Source of the DNA: the human T2T-CHM13v2.0 reference genome, Homo sapiens
DNA length: 64,000 nt
NCBI RefSeq assembly: GCF_009914755.1
Contig: NC_060933.1
Direction: 5' to 3' (one strand)
Shown: piece by piece, positions 1-15,944 of the stretch
Layout: each line of letters opens with the position of its first letter
How positions within the stretch are numbered: position 1 is the stretch's first letter
Notes under the pieces: model-generated
Databases searched by the model: none
Told to the model about the DNA's origin: nothing
What the model saw: only the letters and a program-made list of their open reading frames with translations
Program-made: the position numbers and the translations under genes

Positions 1-550
1 AGAACTCTAAAACATAAACCTGCCTACGCTACGTCCCTGCTTAAAATCCCCTTCCCTGTCCTCTCAGCCTTTGTGCACTCATGGAATATGCAGTGAATGT
101 CTCCCCTTACCCATGGCCTTCAGGCCCTGTAGGATCTCCCATAGGTCTCTCCTCTCTACCCCTCTCTTCCTTTACTGCTCAACACTCCACCCCCTCACAC
201 TAGAGGATCTGGCTGACCGTTTAGCTCCTCCAAGGTGATGGGCACTCTCTCACCTTTAGGACTTTGCACATGCCATTCCCTCCACTGAAGATACTCTTCT
301 ATCTCTCTTCCTTCTGATGTCTGCTGAGATACCACTTCCTCCAGGAAGCCCTCCCTGAAGCCTCTAACCGGACCAGATGCTCCTTCGCTGTGCTCCCACA
401 GTCCTTTAGTCCTCTGCCATCATGGTATTTATCACAATGGAGGGCACTACTGCCTGTTTCTTTGTCTGTTCATCCTACAAGATGGTAAGCTTTAAGAGGC
501 CTAGGATAGAGTCTTGTCCACTATTGTATTCCCAAGGCCTGGCATACCCT
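1..550 (+). mobile_element. L2 LINE 3' fragment
   Basis: L2-type motifs ggactttgcacatgcc, acttcctccaggaagccctccctga, tattcccaaggcctggcata. Confidence 0.65.
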
Positions 551-1276
551 AGACAAACAAGCCTCTAATTCCTCCACTGATGTCAGGGGAGGCTGCAGGG
601 GTAGACTTACTAAACTCAGACAAGGAAGCCAAACACCAGCAGCTGGACACAACTTTGCACGTAGGCAACATGACAGCCTCATGCCTGTTCGAGCCAAAGA
701 AACCTTGGCTGGGCCACCACCGAGCAGTCTCCCCAGCGCATCCCGGGACAGACACCCACTCCAGCAAGGGTGTGTAAGTGATCACTGGCCAAAAGCAACT
801 AAGAGGAGGTGTGAGAGAACTGACCAAGCGATTTTACCATTTCTGTTCAACCAAGGAAGTGGAACTTTCTTAGTAGAAAAAATGCACACGAACCAAAAAA
901 AGAAAAGAAAAACTCAGAAGGCAGTAGCTTCTTGGTCCATACAATCAATGGTCAAATTGCAGAAAAGATAGCCCTAGAAAGGACAGGCTTTTCTCGGAAA
1001 AGAGATGATGGAGAGAGAGGGCATAAGTGTCAGCACCAGAAAGGTGAATCTTTAGGTCATATTCCACTGGCTGGAGAAGTGTGTCCTCGATGTCTAGATC
1101 AATGAGGTCCCACAGAAACGCTGGGAACTGGGAGGCAGGACACCTGGGTCCGTCTGCTCCTACCACCACCATCTGTGTGAGCTGGGCAGGTCTCCACCTC
1201 CACCTGCTAACACGTCGCATCACGCTCCCGTCTGTATGATGAGCTTGAATCCCCAGGATCCAAGTGTCTAACTTAC

Positions 1277-1439
1277 TCTCGCCCTGCCCTGGTGAGCAGG
1301 AAGCTGGGGATGGTCTCTGTTGGTCCACAGGGTAGAGGCGCAGCGGCAGGGGCGGGGGCTGGGGGTGGGCTGATTGTCTTGTTGGGAAGGGGCTGTTCAG
1401 AAATCCGTTTGTGCCCCTCAAACTCTGAGCCAGGAACCG
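1277..1439 (-). CDS. AKNA: AKNA exon 15 (163 nt)
   Basis: ccctag|CGGTT...CGAGA|gtaagt; VPGSEFEGHK...LTRAGR. Confidence 0.95.
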
Positions 1440-1948
1440 CTAGGGAGGCAGAGAGAGAACCCAAAGTGAGTTTAAGCAGAGAGAACTTCCAAGCTCACAC
1501 TTGTGCAGGTGGAATGATGGGGGAAGTGAAGAGACGGTGCCTAGTTCAAGGTCACAAAGGAAGTTCCTGATGAGGCCAATGACCCACACTGACCTCCAAA
1601 CCAGAAGATCTAGATTTTGCTGGGAGTGTGGGGTGCTGAGCTGGGCCTGCCCCGCTGTTTCTAACCAGAACCCCTCCTCCCACCCACCATGACACCATCC
1701 GAGTCTTCAGGAACTTCCCCTGCAAAGAATTAATCACTTCTTCACTTGGGTTCCTCAAGACTTGATCACCTTCTCACCATGTTTTTGTGGGGCTGGCTTC
1801 AGAGCCTCCTCTGAAATTATAGTCACCTCTTTCCACGTATGCATGTTTCTGGGGAGAGCATTAATAACTTTTAATGAATCTCCCAAAGGGATGGGTGACC
1901 AAAGGTTAAAAACCACTAATCCGGCCCCTGCATTAAAAGCAATGAACT

Positions 1949-3030
<1,082 letters not shown>

Positions 3031-3057
3031 TTAAAAACGTTTTTAAAATAATGAACC

Positions 3058-3360
<303 letters not shown>

Positions 3361-3671
3361 TTAGGCAAAGCTAATCTGAGGTGTCAGAAGTCAGAACAGT
3401 GGTTATGTTTGGGAAGCAGGTAGTGACTAAATGGGACTTCAGTGAGGTTCTGGGGTTCAGATCATACTGAGTTTCTTGGTGTCTGTTCACCTTGTAAAAA
3501 CTCATCAATTTAAGTTCTTTTTGGTGGTTTTTAATTTCAATAAATAATTCATGTGTATTTCTAAAGGTCAAAAACTGAATCACATATAGATTTCATAGAC
3601 ATGGAAAGTGTTTATAGTACAATTTAGTGAAAAAAGGAGGTCGCCAAATATTCACATATAAAATGATCTTA

Positions 3672-3981
3672 TTTTTTGTTTTTTTTTTTTTATGTTTTTT
3701 GAGATGGAGTTTTGCTCTTTCGCCCAGGCTGAAGTGAAGTGGCGCAATCTCAGCTCACTGCAACCTCCGCCCCCGGGTTTAAGCCATTCTCCTGCCTCAG
3801 CCTCCTGAGTAGCTGGGATTTTAGGTGCCAGCCACCACGTCTGGCTAATTTTTGTATTTTTAGTGGAGATGGGGTTTTGCCATGTTGGCCAGGCTGGTCT
3901 TGAGCTTCTGACCTCAGGTGATCCACCCGCCTCAGCCTCCCAAAGTGTTAGGATTACAGGCGTGAGCCACCGTGCCCAGCC
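3672..3981 (-). mobile_element. Alu (AluS-like)
   Basis: Poly-T followed by reverse-complement Alu. Confidence 0.92.
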
Positions 3982-4849
3982 TCATTTCTGTTTTAAGTAT
4001 AGTCACGCATCACTTAATATTGGGTATAAGCTCCCAGAAACACATTGTTATTCTGTTTCACCATGTCACAAACATCATAGATTACCCACACCTATTACAT
4101 ATGTGAGGTAGATGGAATAGCCCATTATTGTAGGCTACAAACCTCTACAACATTGCCTGCTGAATACTGTAGGTATCTGTAACACAATGGTAAGTATTTG
4201 TGTATCTAAACATAGAAAACAGACCATAAAAATATGGTATAAAAGATTTTAAAAATGGTACACCTGTAAAGGGTCCTTACCATGAATGGAGCTCGCAGGA
4301 CTGGAAGTTGCTCTGGGTGAGTCAGTGAGTGAGTGGTGAGTGAATGTGAAGGCCTAGGACATTACTGTACACTGCTGTAGACTTTATAAACACCATACAC
4401 TTAGGCTAAATTTACAACATTTATACAAAAGTTTTTTCTTCAATAATTAATCAAGTTTAACTTACAGTAACATTTTTACTTTATAAGCTTTTTAAATGGT
4501 TTTTAACCTTTTGACTCTTTTGTAATAACATTTAACTTAAAAATACATTGTAAAGTAAAAAATATTTTCTTTCTTGATATCCTTATAAGCTTTTTTCTAT
4601 TTTTAACTTTTTTTTAAAAAACTTTAAAAACTTTTCTGTTAGAAACTAAGACAAACACACACACATCACAGACACACACACACATTAGCCTAGGCCTGTA
4701 TAGGGTCAGGGTCATCAATATCCCTGTCTTCTACCGCCACATCTTGTTCTTCTGGGGCAATAATAGCACTGTCATCTGTGATAACAACACCTTCTTCTGG
4801 AATACCTCTCGAAGGACTACCTGAGGCTATTTAATAGTTAACATTTTTA

Positions 4850-5894
<1,045 letters not shown>

Positions 5895-6342
5895 GGGACT
5901 GTACTTTCATGTGACCGGCAGCGCAGTAGGTTTGTTTCCACCAGCATCACCACAAACATGTGAGTGAAGTGTTGCTCTGCAATGACTGCAACATCGCAAC
6001 CAAAGGAATTTTCAGCTCCATGAAAATCTTATGGGACCACCGCCGTGCACGCTGTCTGTCGTTGAACAAAACGTTGCTATGCAGTGCATGACAGTATGTG
6101 TAAACAAACACACATTTATATCGGCACAGAGAACAGCTCACAGGTTCTACACCAAAACGTCAGCACTGATGGTTTCCAGAGTATTTTTTTTTCTTTTGTT
6201 CCCTTTTGTCCACGTTATCTGTAATTTCAAATTTCAGTACAATGAACCTGGCTAATATGTCATATCCTAAAGGGTTCTGCAAGTTTTTCTATTTGATTTT
6301 TCAACCCATGCAGTTCTGTCCAAGTCAGACTCCTGCACTCAC

Positions 6343-6554
6343 CCATCTCGGCTGCCAGTGTCCGCTCCAGGCTGAAGTTGGGTGCCCTCTGCCGGAGAGG
6401 CCCACTTGGGCTGGAGAGGTACCTCTGTGCTTGGCTCCGGGGTGTGCTGGGCTCTGTGGCTCTTCTGGGAATCAGAGAACCCCTGGCCTTGGGGTAGGAA
6501 GCTCCATCCCTGGGCACAGATGCAGCAAAGGGCTGGGCTAATGTTCCTGCTGTG
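6343..6554 (-). CDS. AKNA: AKNA exon 14 (212 nt)
   Basis: ccccag|CACAGCA...ATGG|gtgagt; TAGTLAQPF...LAAEM. Confidence 0.95.
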
Positions 6555-7280
6555 CTGGGGGACCGTGGAGGAAGGGACACACAGGGGTCACACAGAGTGA
6601 GACACTCAGGCGGCAGCATCTGAGCCCCTCCACATGCTAACCCAATAAGCTCCCACCCTTTGTAACTTTGCATCTCGGGTGGTACAATATTTCCAAGGAC
6701 ACACACACATTAGATGCCCAATTCTTTGTAAACTGTTCACTGGCCAACCCAATATGCAAAATAATAAAGCTCAGTTTATGTGTAGAATACATAAAAGAGA
6801 AATAGGATTTCTAATCCTTCCTTTGCATGCACCCTTGGGTTGCCATGTGGGCCTCCTGAAGGGCCTGCACCCAGCTTTGGAGGCTCCATCCCTCCACTCT
6901 TCACCCCTGTCCCCTCCGCCTTCTCCCTTCCCTTTGGGTTCCATGTAGCCACCCTGAGTGCCCTTTGCCCTTGTCTTCTGTTCACCTCACAGTGCCCTCC
7001 CTGTAGTTTTTATTCATTCATCCATTCATTTGCTCAACAAAAATGAATTTCCCAGTCTGTCGCTAATTAGCTATGTGAGGCTGGACTAGTTACTCCCCTC
7101 TCTGAAGCTCTGTTTCCTCTGTCCATAACACAGGAACAAGAAATCACGGTTAGGGGATGAAATGAGGGCCTACGAATGGACAGACCATCCTCTCTTATTC
7201 TGGGCCATCACAGGCACTGTGATTCCCAGGCTGTCCCAGGAATGTGGCACTGACGGGACAATGGCGGGATCCCGGGATAC

Positions 7281-7387
7281 CTGATGTGGGAGAGCCGGTG
7301 CTCTGGAGTCTGGGTGAGGGGTGAAACTCTGCTTGTTTCTGAGCCCACAAAGCCACTGTCTGTCTCTGGGGACGCCATCCAGGTCTC
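7281..7387 (-). CDS. AKNA: AKNA exon 13 (107 nt)
   Basis: tttcag|GAGACC...ATCAG|gtatcc; ETWMASPETDSGFVGSE...LSHI. Confidence 0.95.
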
Positions 7388-7933
7388 CTGAAAGAGGCAG
7401 TATCCCTTTATGTCTGAGGAATGTGTCCAAGGCACACTGGGAAGCCCTTCCCAAATCGTGGCCTGGCCTCACCTCCCAGAGGCTCACACCCCAGGGTTGC
7501 TGGCCCAGCTCCCAACAGCCAGGCCCAGGAGTGAGGGCTCTCAGGCTCTCAGGCCTCAGCACAAGAATCTGGCTACCAGCAGGGACTCTGCACCCCAGGA
7601 GGACCCTCAGCAAGTGCTGCCTCCCTGAGGGGTGGCAGCCAGAGCCCTTGGGAGAGACAAGGCCATGGACAAGGACTAGCAAGGGGAGAGGGAGAAAGCC
7701 TTATTTCCAGTGTCTCCTGGCTTAGGCCTGGAATACTATGGTCTTATCTGACAGTGGAAATGCTCAGGCCCAAGGCATTGGAAAAACGAGACCATCAAAT
7801 ATGTACAGGTCCTACCCGCTGGGTTTAACACACGGCACAGAGAACACAAACAGAGCAACACAGGTGCCTGCCCTCGCTGAGTTCATGTCTAGTGCAGAGA
7901 ATCCTGACCATGGGCTCGTTAGGACTACAGAAG

Positions 7934-7958
7934 TGTGTGTGTGTGTGTGTGTTTGTGC
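7934..7958. repeat. (TG)n microsatellite
   Basis: tgtgtgtgtgtgtgtgtgtttgtg. Confidence 0.8.
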
Positions 7959-8336
7959 ATAAGTGCACATGCATGCATATATATGCATTATTCTATGACA
8001 GTCACATTTCCATAGTGGCCTGTGACTTTGCAGCAGTGATGTCTACTCTAAAGAGCATAGAACTAGTCTCTCCAGCTGTGATGGGCAGGCTCAGAGAAGT
8101 ATAAGCAATGGGTTGCAAGCTCTCAGAGGAGGAACAAGAGCTCCGGAAGAGGGACAGGTTTGGGGGGTGACACTGAGCATAAGTCCTGCATGTCAGGTGG
8201 GATTGTGGCTGGCAGGGACAGGAGCAGCAAGTATTCCAAGAAGGAATAGCACAAGGAAAGACCCAGAAGCAGAAAGTTGAGAAGACCCAGGAATGACCCT
8301 GAGGTTCTGGGCCCATTCCCCCATGTGGAGACTTAC

Positions 8337-8583
8337 CTCCAGGTGGGGCCCACCGCCTCGGTGCAAAGGCTTCTGTGGAAGGCGCTCAGAGATGCCGCTT
8401 CCCTCCAGGCTGGTCATACTACTTTGGTGGGATGCTGCGGACTTGGTGCCTGGAGGGTGGGGTGGCACGCCAGGGCCTGGAGGGGCTGCCTCAGCCTTGC
8501 CCAGGCCTGACATGTGCCCGTCTCTAGCCAGGGATGCCTGGAAACCTGGTGGCTTCATAGATACCATCTTCTCCGTGGCCTCC
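8337..8583 (-). CDS. AKNA: AKNA exon 12 (247 nt)
   Basis: atgccag|GGAGGCC...CTGGAG|gtaagt; EATEKMVSMK...GGPHLE. Confidence 0.95.
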
Positions 8584-8678
8584 CTGGCATGGGAAGAGAA
8601 GACCATCCTTGAGTTCTGCCAGGCAGCCCTGACGCAGGGGTTGGCCTGTCCTGGGAGCCAAGCAGCCCAGGGCACAAG

Positions 8679-8795
8679 CTCTGGAGTCAGACATCCCTGG
8701 CTGCCCAGCCTGGTTCTGCCACCTTCTAGCTGTGTGACCTAGGGCAAGGCACTTCCCCTCTCTCAACCTCACTTTTCTCAACTATAAAATATGGA
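8679..8795 (+). mobile_element. MIR fragment
   Basis: ctctggagtcaga...agctgtgtgacctagggcaag...tttctcaactataaaatatgg. Confidence 0.7.
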
Positions 8796-9125
8796 TGCCA
8801 ACAAAACCCACCCAACACCAAAGAGGAAATGTTAAAGCAGCATTTCCCAGACTTAAGGAGTTTGCATACCACCTTCCCTATTTCAGTCATTTCCATAAAC
8901 TTCCATCTACTCCAAAGATTTTAGATCACTATTCAAAACAGAAGATCAGTGTGTCATGTGACAAACAGAAACTAACTTTGAGGATAAATATAAGAAACCT
9001 GAATATTATCATATACTAGATAGATCCACTTGCCTGCTAAATGCTCTAGGCCTTGTGTGCTCTCATACTGTCTCTCTCTCTCTTTTTCCACAGAAGTTCA
9101 AGAGAGGCATTAAAGACACCACAGC

Positions 9126-9884
<759 letters not shown>

Positions 9885-10009
9885 TGAAGAGGCAGGACAG
9901 GTAAGCCATGTCTAAACTGTGAAGCGCTGTCTTATTCACTCTGACAGTGATCATCCCTGTGGTTTTAGGGTGGAACCAAACATTCTGCAGGAAAGGCTCA
10001 GTGACTTAC

Positions 10010-10210
10010 TCCAGGGGAGCCCCATGACTTTTCTCAGCCTGCACCGGGCACTGCCTTGGGAGGACCCTGGTGGCCTCTGCTTTCCCTGGAGTTGCAGCCA
10101 CCCCATCAACTTCCAGGGAGTCACCTCCCCCCTCTTCCTCCTCCTCCTCCTCTCCTTCTTCCTCCTCCTCCATTCTCATGGCTTCTGGGAGAGACTTCAC
10201 ACTGAGGTAC
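10010..10210 (-). CDS. AKNA: AKNA exon 11 (201 nt, poly-Glu tract)
   Basis: ctgcag|GTACCTC...CTGGA|gtaagt; YLSVKSLPEAMRMEEEEEGEEEEEEEGGG...GAPL. Confidence 0.95.
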
Positions 10211-10311
10211 CTGCAGAAGAACACACAGAGGGGCATGACCTCTGCCCAGTGGGGGACAGCCAAGATCCAGCTGCTGGCCAGACACCCTGGTCAGGTCCAG
10301 GTGGCACTCAC

Positions 10312-10478
10312 CGCTCCATGAGGCCATGGTAAACTTGTTCCATCTGCAGCTCCTTGTGCCTGAGTCGGGCCAGGGGGTCCTGTGGCCTGTCCTCCACCTC
10401 ACTGTTGCCAGAGCTCACCTCCACATTTACGTGCAATGGGCAGGGGCCAGTGCTGGCGGCGGCAGTGGTGGTAGCAGG
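10312..10478 (-). CDS. AKNA: AKNA exon 10 (167 nt)
   Basis: ccccag|CCTGCT...GAGCG|gtgagt; PATTTAAAS...YHGLME; followed by a 101-nt intron. Confidence 0.94.
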
Positions 10479-11324
10479 CTGGGGTCAGAAAGATGGACAG
10501 ACAGAGATTCAGCAGATAGTTAAACACCACTTTTAAGCACTTACCTCCTGCCAGGCTCGAGCTGTGGGCTGCGGGGTAAGAAGCACATTAGACTCACTAA
10601 GCCCACCACCCTTTTATGTATGTGTAAACTATGGAGACTGGGCTGTGTGGTCTTCGATACTGGCTGCCATGAATTGAGCACCTGCTGTGTGCCAGGCACC
10701 ATACAGATACCATGTCACAACAATCCCACCAGTACCTACGATTATTACAACCCATTTTATAGACAGGTAACTCACGCTCAAATGATTTGCCCAAAGTCAA
10801 CAGAAACAAGGAGCAGAGTTGAGATTTAAACCTAGATTTCCTGCCAGAGTTAACTCTCCTGACCCCCATCCATTCCAGCATGGCCACCCCAGCCCCCTGC
10901 AATACTTTCAACTGCAGGAGCATGAGGGTCCCTTAAGATATTGTACTCAGGTTTTCTCCCCATTCAAGCGTGTAGTGGCACCTGGTAGAGTTTTCCTACC
11001 CTCTAGGCCAGAGCACAGCACAAGATTTTCCCCAAACCATAGGGCCAGCATGACCTCAGCTGTCAGGGATGTCCTACCAGTGTCCCACCCTACCCAGCAT
11101 GCCAGGCTCTCTTTCCTGCTCCCATCCTCAACAGACAAGTCTTTGCAGCACAGGCAACAGGAGTTGGGAGGCATAGAGACCCCACTACTGTCATCTGTGT
11201 GAACGCACTACACTCAATTTGCTCGCCTGCAAAACGGAGATAGTGATTGTCTCTCAAGGGGTTGTGGTGTGGGCCAGACAGCCTTCTACAAAGCCCCTTT
11301 TGTGTAGGGCTCTTGTCTAGGTTT

Positions 11325-11910
11325 CACCCCATTATCCATGCAGTACTACAAGCTAGAAACCTGGAGCCATCCGTGTCTCCCTTCCTCCCTCTCACGGCCA
11401 CTCCAAGTCCACTCAAACATACCTTCCCAACCTCTCTTAAGTCCACACATGCTTCTCCATTTGCCCTGCCACCTCCCCAGCCTCAGACTGGCCTACCCAC
11501 AAGTCATCTTATGTCATCCCCTGCCAGAAAATCCAGCAGAGTTTAAGGCCATGCTCTCTACATGACCCACAAGCCCCTACATCATGGGGCCCCTGCCTGC
11601 CTCTCCAGCCACATCTCAGACTATTTTTCTTTTCTCTTCCCATACTCTAGCCACAGGGCCTTTGCACAAGCTGTTTTCCCTGCTGGATGGGTTTTCTCTT
11701 TCTGTCTCTAGTAATTCCTACTTAGTCTCAGGTCTCATTTAAACATGACTTCTTCAGGGAAAGCTTCTCTGACCTCCTCCTCAAACTCAGTCATGTTACT
11801 CCTGCTACTCTCACAGAACCCCATAATTCTCCTTCAGTGCACTGACCAAAATTATAACTAAATCACTGTAACCAGTTCAACTCTAAAGAAAACTCTGTGA
11901 AGGTAGACGC
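11325..11910 (+). mobile_element. L2 fragment
   Basis: aagctagaaacctggagccatc, agggcctttgcacaagctg, acttcttcagggaaagcttctctgac. Confidence 0.6.
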
Positions 11911-12119
11911 CACCTTCCCTGCCACCTCCCATCCCACTGAATCCCTACCATGTGTCATGGTACATGGCACACACTTCATAAATATGTAATATTTACATAT
12001 TTGGCACACACTGGCATATGGCACACACTTCATAAATATGTAATACGTATTGAAGAAATGAATTAACGAAGAAATGAATGCACGAGGGAACAGCCCAATA
12101 TGGTTGAGCCAAGAGGTAC

Positions 12120-12327
12120 CTCAGGGCAGGAGGTCTTGATGGCTGGCATGGGGGCTTGTCCAGAAGGAGCAGGCAGGTGCGTTGGCTGATGGAGGCAGGG
12201 CAGGGCTGGGGTGCTGTCCAGAGCTGAGTCTGACCCGGGCGGCTCAGGCTCTTGCTGGGTCTGGTCTATGTGTTCCTTCAGCTCTTCCAGGCAGCTTCCC
12301 AGACGGTATATCTCTGCCTCCAGCTCC
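12120..12327 (-). CDS. AKNA: AKNA exon 9 (208 nt)
   Basis: ttccag|GGAGCTG...CCTGAG|gtacct; ELEAEIYRLG...TSCPE. Confidence 0.95.
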
Positions 12328-12821
12328 CTGGAATGCAGAAACATTACCACCAGGAGCCCAAGATGGCAGCTACATCAGGCAGGTCCAGGAACAGAGTATC
12401 AGAGCAGAGACTCCAGGGGATGCCCCCTTAGGGTCCATTTAATATCAGCCTTTAGATGATGGTGAGAACTCAAAATAAGCAAGATGAAAGAAGGTTCCAT
12501 TGGGAATCAGGAGGTCTCAGCCCAAGTCCCCTCTGCCATCCACAGGCTGTGGGACATTAGAGAAATCCCACCCCCATCTAGCCTCAGTTTCCCCATCATC
12601 CAATAAGGGTTTCAAGGCATCTTCTCAGCACGTGGGTCCAAAGGGACTCAAATCTCAGCTTTTGATCGTGCCACCATTTGGATATGTATACTAATTAGGA
12701 TAAGATTTCTCTCTATTCCCCGTGTACAAATTATAAGGACAAAGTGCCTCCCTCCTGGAGACTGAGGGACCCCAGGGGCCCATCCCATCTGTCCTTCCAG
12801 GCCTTCCACCCCAGCAGGTAC

Positions 12822-12949
12822 CTGCGAGGATCAAATCTTCCAGGCGTCCCCTTGGAGCCGGCAAGCAGCTGGGCAGGGTGTTGCTCCCGACAAGCCTTCA
12901 GGTACTCCTCCTCTAGGGCCGCGTGGGCAGCCTTCAGCCGCTGGAAGCC
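12822..12949 (-). CDS. AKNA: AKNA exon 8 (128 nt)
   Basis: tttcag|GGCTTC...CGCAG|gtacct; GFQRLKAAHAALEEEYLKAC...FDPR. Confidence 0.95.
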
Positions 12950-13429
12950 CTGAAACCAGACCAGGCCAGGAAGACTTGAGTGCTCAGTCCCCGCGGGGCC
13001 TGTCCCTGAAGACACAGTGGATGAGACAGCTTGCGGGAGGCCATGGGATGCACCTGGGCCCCTGGGTTCATGCAAGATACAGGCTGAGGTTGAGATCTCT
13101 GGAGGCTGCCTGCCCTGGAGAGCTGCCGTGGTCAAGCTCTCTGCCATCAGGCTGGCACAACAGAGACACAACTCAGAGACTTGGCACCAGCTCCAGAGGG
13201 CACCAGCCCTTCCTGCATAGACTTACAAGGACCCCAATGTACCACAAACTGTCATAGCTGTCACAGTGTCAAATACACTCTCACTATTATCTCCATAAGG
13301 ACCCTTTACATGAGAGACTCTGGATCCTCATTCTTGATTTGCAAAACTGTGGGCTTCAGAAAATTAGCCACTCTTTCCCCAAATCCTTATAGACTATCGA
13401 CACCGATAATGTTATCATCACCATCACAT

Positions 13430-13645
13430 TATTGAGAATGTTTACTGAGCATTGAGGCTCTGGGCTAAAGCACTTTGCATTTATTTAATCTTCAATATAA
13501 TCATAATGAGAGGGGTGATTTATCATCTTCATTTAAAAAGGATGAAACTGAGGCACAGGGAGGTCACTTAAGTTGATGAAGGTCATGGAGTGAGTGAGTT
13601 GTAGAGACAGGATGTGGGCCCAGGCCCTCTGGCCCCAGAGCTCAT
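13430..13645 (-). mobile_element. MIR
   Basis: atgaaactgaggcacagggaggt...aaggtca core. Confidence 0.65.
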
Positions 13646-14021
13646 GGTCCTAGCAATTCTGCTAGGCTCCCATAGGAGGATCACAGGTAATACATGGCTA
13701 AAGCTGCAGGAATTGGGGTTGGTATCACTGTCTTACTACCATCCACATCCCACTCAACTCTGAGGAGAGACAGAAGCCAAGCACAACCTAAAACCCATTC
13801 CCTGGTCACATCTAATCTTCTGACAGCTCTCAACTTCCCTGTATATGGGGGGATTAGAACAGAGAGCAAAAAAATGAATGGTTTTAGTTTATAAGGTCCT
13901 TGGTCATCCACTGGATGATATTACATGATACATATGACACATTTTGTGATTGGAAAATGTACATGACATCTATGTAACCACACAGGAAATATCCTGCCAT
14001 AACATTTTTTTAGAAACTAGG

Positions 14022-14339
14022 TGTTTTGAATTTGCCTCTCCAGACCTTCTCTCAGCTCCTCTCCCACCCTGCTCTGTGCTTTGAGCATCAGGGCTGTCTA
14101 CCTGCTGGCTTCTGGTTGGGTCTGTCTAGTGGGAGGGACCTATGAGAGATCACAGGGTGGGAAGAGAGAGACTTGAGAGTGGGCACAGCTCCCGGCTAAT
14201 GCTACTACCTGGGGATTCCTCAGTCTTTGTTGGGTCCCCTGATGCTGCCCACACCTTTGCTGACAGTTCTCTCCTTTGACGCCTACACTCCCAGACTTGA
14301 GAGCCCCACCTGTCCCTTAATGGGACCCTGGCTGATGCA
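14022..14339 (+). mobile_element. ERVL LTR33-like solo LTR
   Basis: TG...tttgcctctccaga...ccaccctgctctgtgc...tggcttctggttggg...gggaccctggctgatgCA. Confidence 0.6.
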
Positions 14340-14975
14340 GCAGGAATCTAAATTGTATTTATGACCACCGTTATCTAAAACTCCAAATTCCAAAGGATAT
14401 ACACCAATAGGACTCTATAAAGGGTCTCCCCTCCAGCCCCCATTTTTTTTAACAGGGTTTCCAAACTTTTGGCAACTATTTTGTAATTTTGTTTAAAGGC
14501 GATAAAAAAGAAAAGGCCTTTTTCTGCTTGCTGAGAGGCAGGATAATTTGTGGAAAGTAGTGCAGGGCAGTGATTATGACCCTGGATTTGAAAGAGAGAC
14601 AGACCTGGCTCCAGGTTCTCCTGCCTACTAGCTGTGGGGCCTTTGAGTCACCCCTCTGAGCTTCAGTTCCATCCTGGTTAAATGAGGGTGATAAATGTAA
14701 CTGCTTCACTGGGTTTTGATGATGACCAAATAAAATAACATACTCTAGGGTTTACCACAGTTCCTGTACACAACCATCCTTGCTTAATAATGGGTAACTA
14801 TTGTGAAATAATGATCGTTATCATGGGAAGCTACTCAGGAACTGTTTGCTCTAAAAGAGACCCTGTGTCTGGGATTCTCTTTTCTGTCTTGCAGCAAAGA
14901 AGGCTTCAGAGACAGAGTCATGGGAGACAGTGGTTGTCTGGCAGTTCCATGGGTGGCTCCTGAATTGGGCAGTAC

Positions 14976-15035
14976 CTTGACTTGGTCCTGGGGCATGAGA
15001 CGTCCTGCCTGTATCAGTCTTTCAAAGGACTCCAC
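14976..15035 (-). CDS. AKNA: AKNA exon 7 (60 nt)
   Basis: gtccag|GTGGAG...GTCAAG|gtactg; VESFERLIQAGRLMPQDQVK. Confidence 0.94.
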
Positions 15036-15329
15036 CTGGACATTGGGAGGGGAAGGAAATATGCTCCATTAATCCAGTCCTGTAGACTCCCACACCCAGC
15101 CACATCTATGCCTTGGTAAGAGGAGCTGGGTCCGTCCTCAGGATGTGGGGTTTCTGCCAAGCATGGAGAGGTGGGTGCTGGGAACAGCTTCTACCACCAG
15201 CCCCAGGCATGGTAGCCTTGAGAAAAATTGAAGTGAAACCTGCAGGAATTTACTGACAACAAAGCAAGTCACTCATGTGCATCAAGACTAATGAGTCAGG
15301 ATATTTACTGCAGCATGAACAGTAGGGAG

Positions 15330-15720
15330 GGGACAAGAAATTGCCTAAATGCCTGTCGGTGGAATAGTATTCAGCCATCAACAAGAGGAAGGCACACGTG
15401 TATGTTCTGAGCTATTAATGCCTCCAAGACCTATTTTTCAGTGTCAAATCAAGGTACAGGGCAATGTTTACGGTATGCTACCATCTGTATAGAATATGTG
15501 GAGAGTAAAAAGGAAAACGATAAATACATTGCTTATATACGATATACTATCTCTAGAGGAATTCAAGAAACTAAAATATGAATTGCTTCTGGGAAGGAGA
15601 ACTGGGTGGCTGGAAGACAGGAATGAGAAGTAGATTTTTCTACTACATGTCCTTCGCATCCTTTGAAATCTGAACAATGTGAATTCGTTGCCTACCCAAA
15701 AATAAATATTCAAATTTAAG
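15330..15720 (+). mobile_element. Old L1 (L1ME-like) 3' fragment
   Basis: tggaatagtattcagccat, attgcttctgggaagg motifs. Confidence 0.5.
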
Positions 15721-15944
15721 ACTTCAAAAAGTCAAGGTACAGTAGCTTATGCAGCCATTTCTATAAATGCAAGTGTGTGCATTGAACATTTTTGCATGGG
15801 TTGGAGGAAAGATTTAGTTTTTGCTCAATATGCCCTCTGTACTGTGCAAAGGTCCTTATCATGGGCATCTATTACCTGCTCAAAAAAGTTTAATTACAAA
15901 AAAAGGCAAGGGATGATGTAAGGTTCGGTTTTAAGAAAGCTCTA

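Noticed and set aside
1-1276. AKNA AT-hook exon and later exons
   Set aside because: Not found; they must lie beyond the window start
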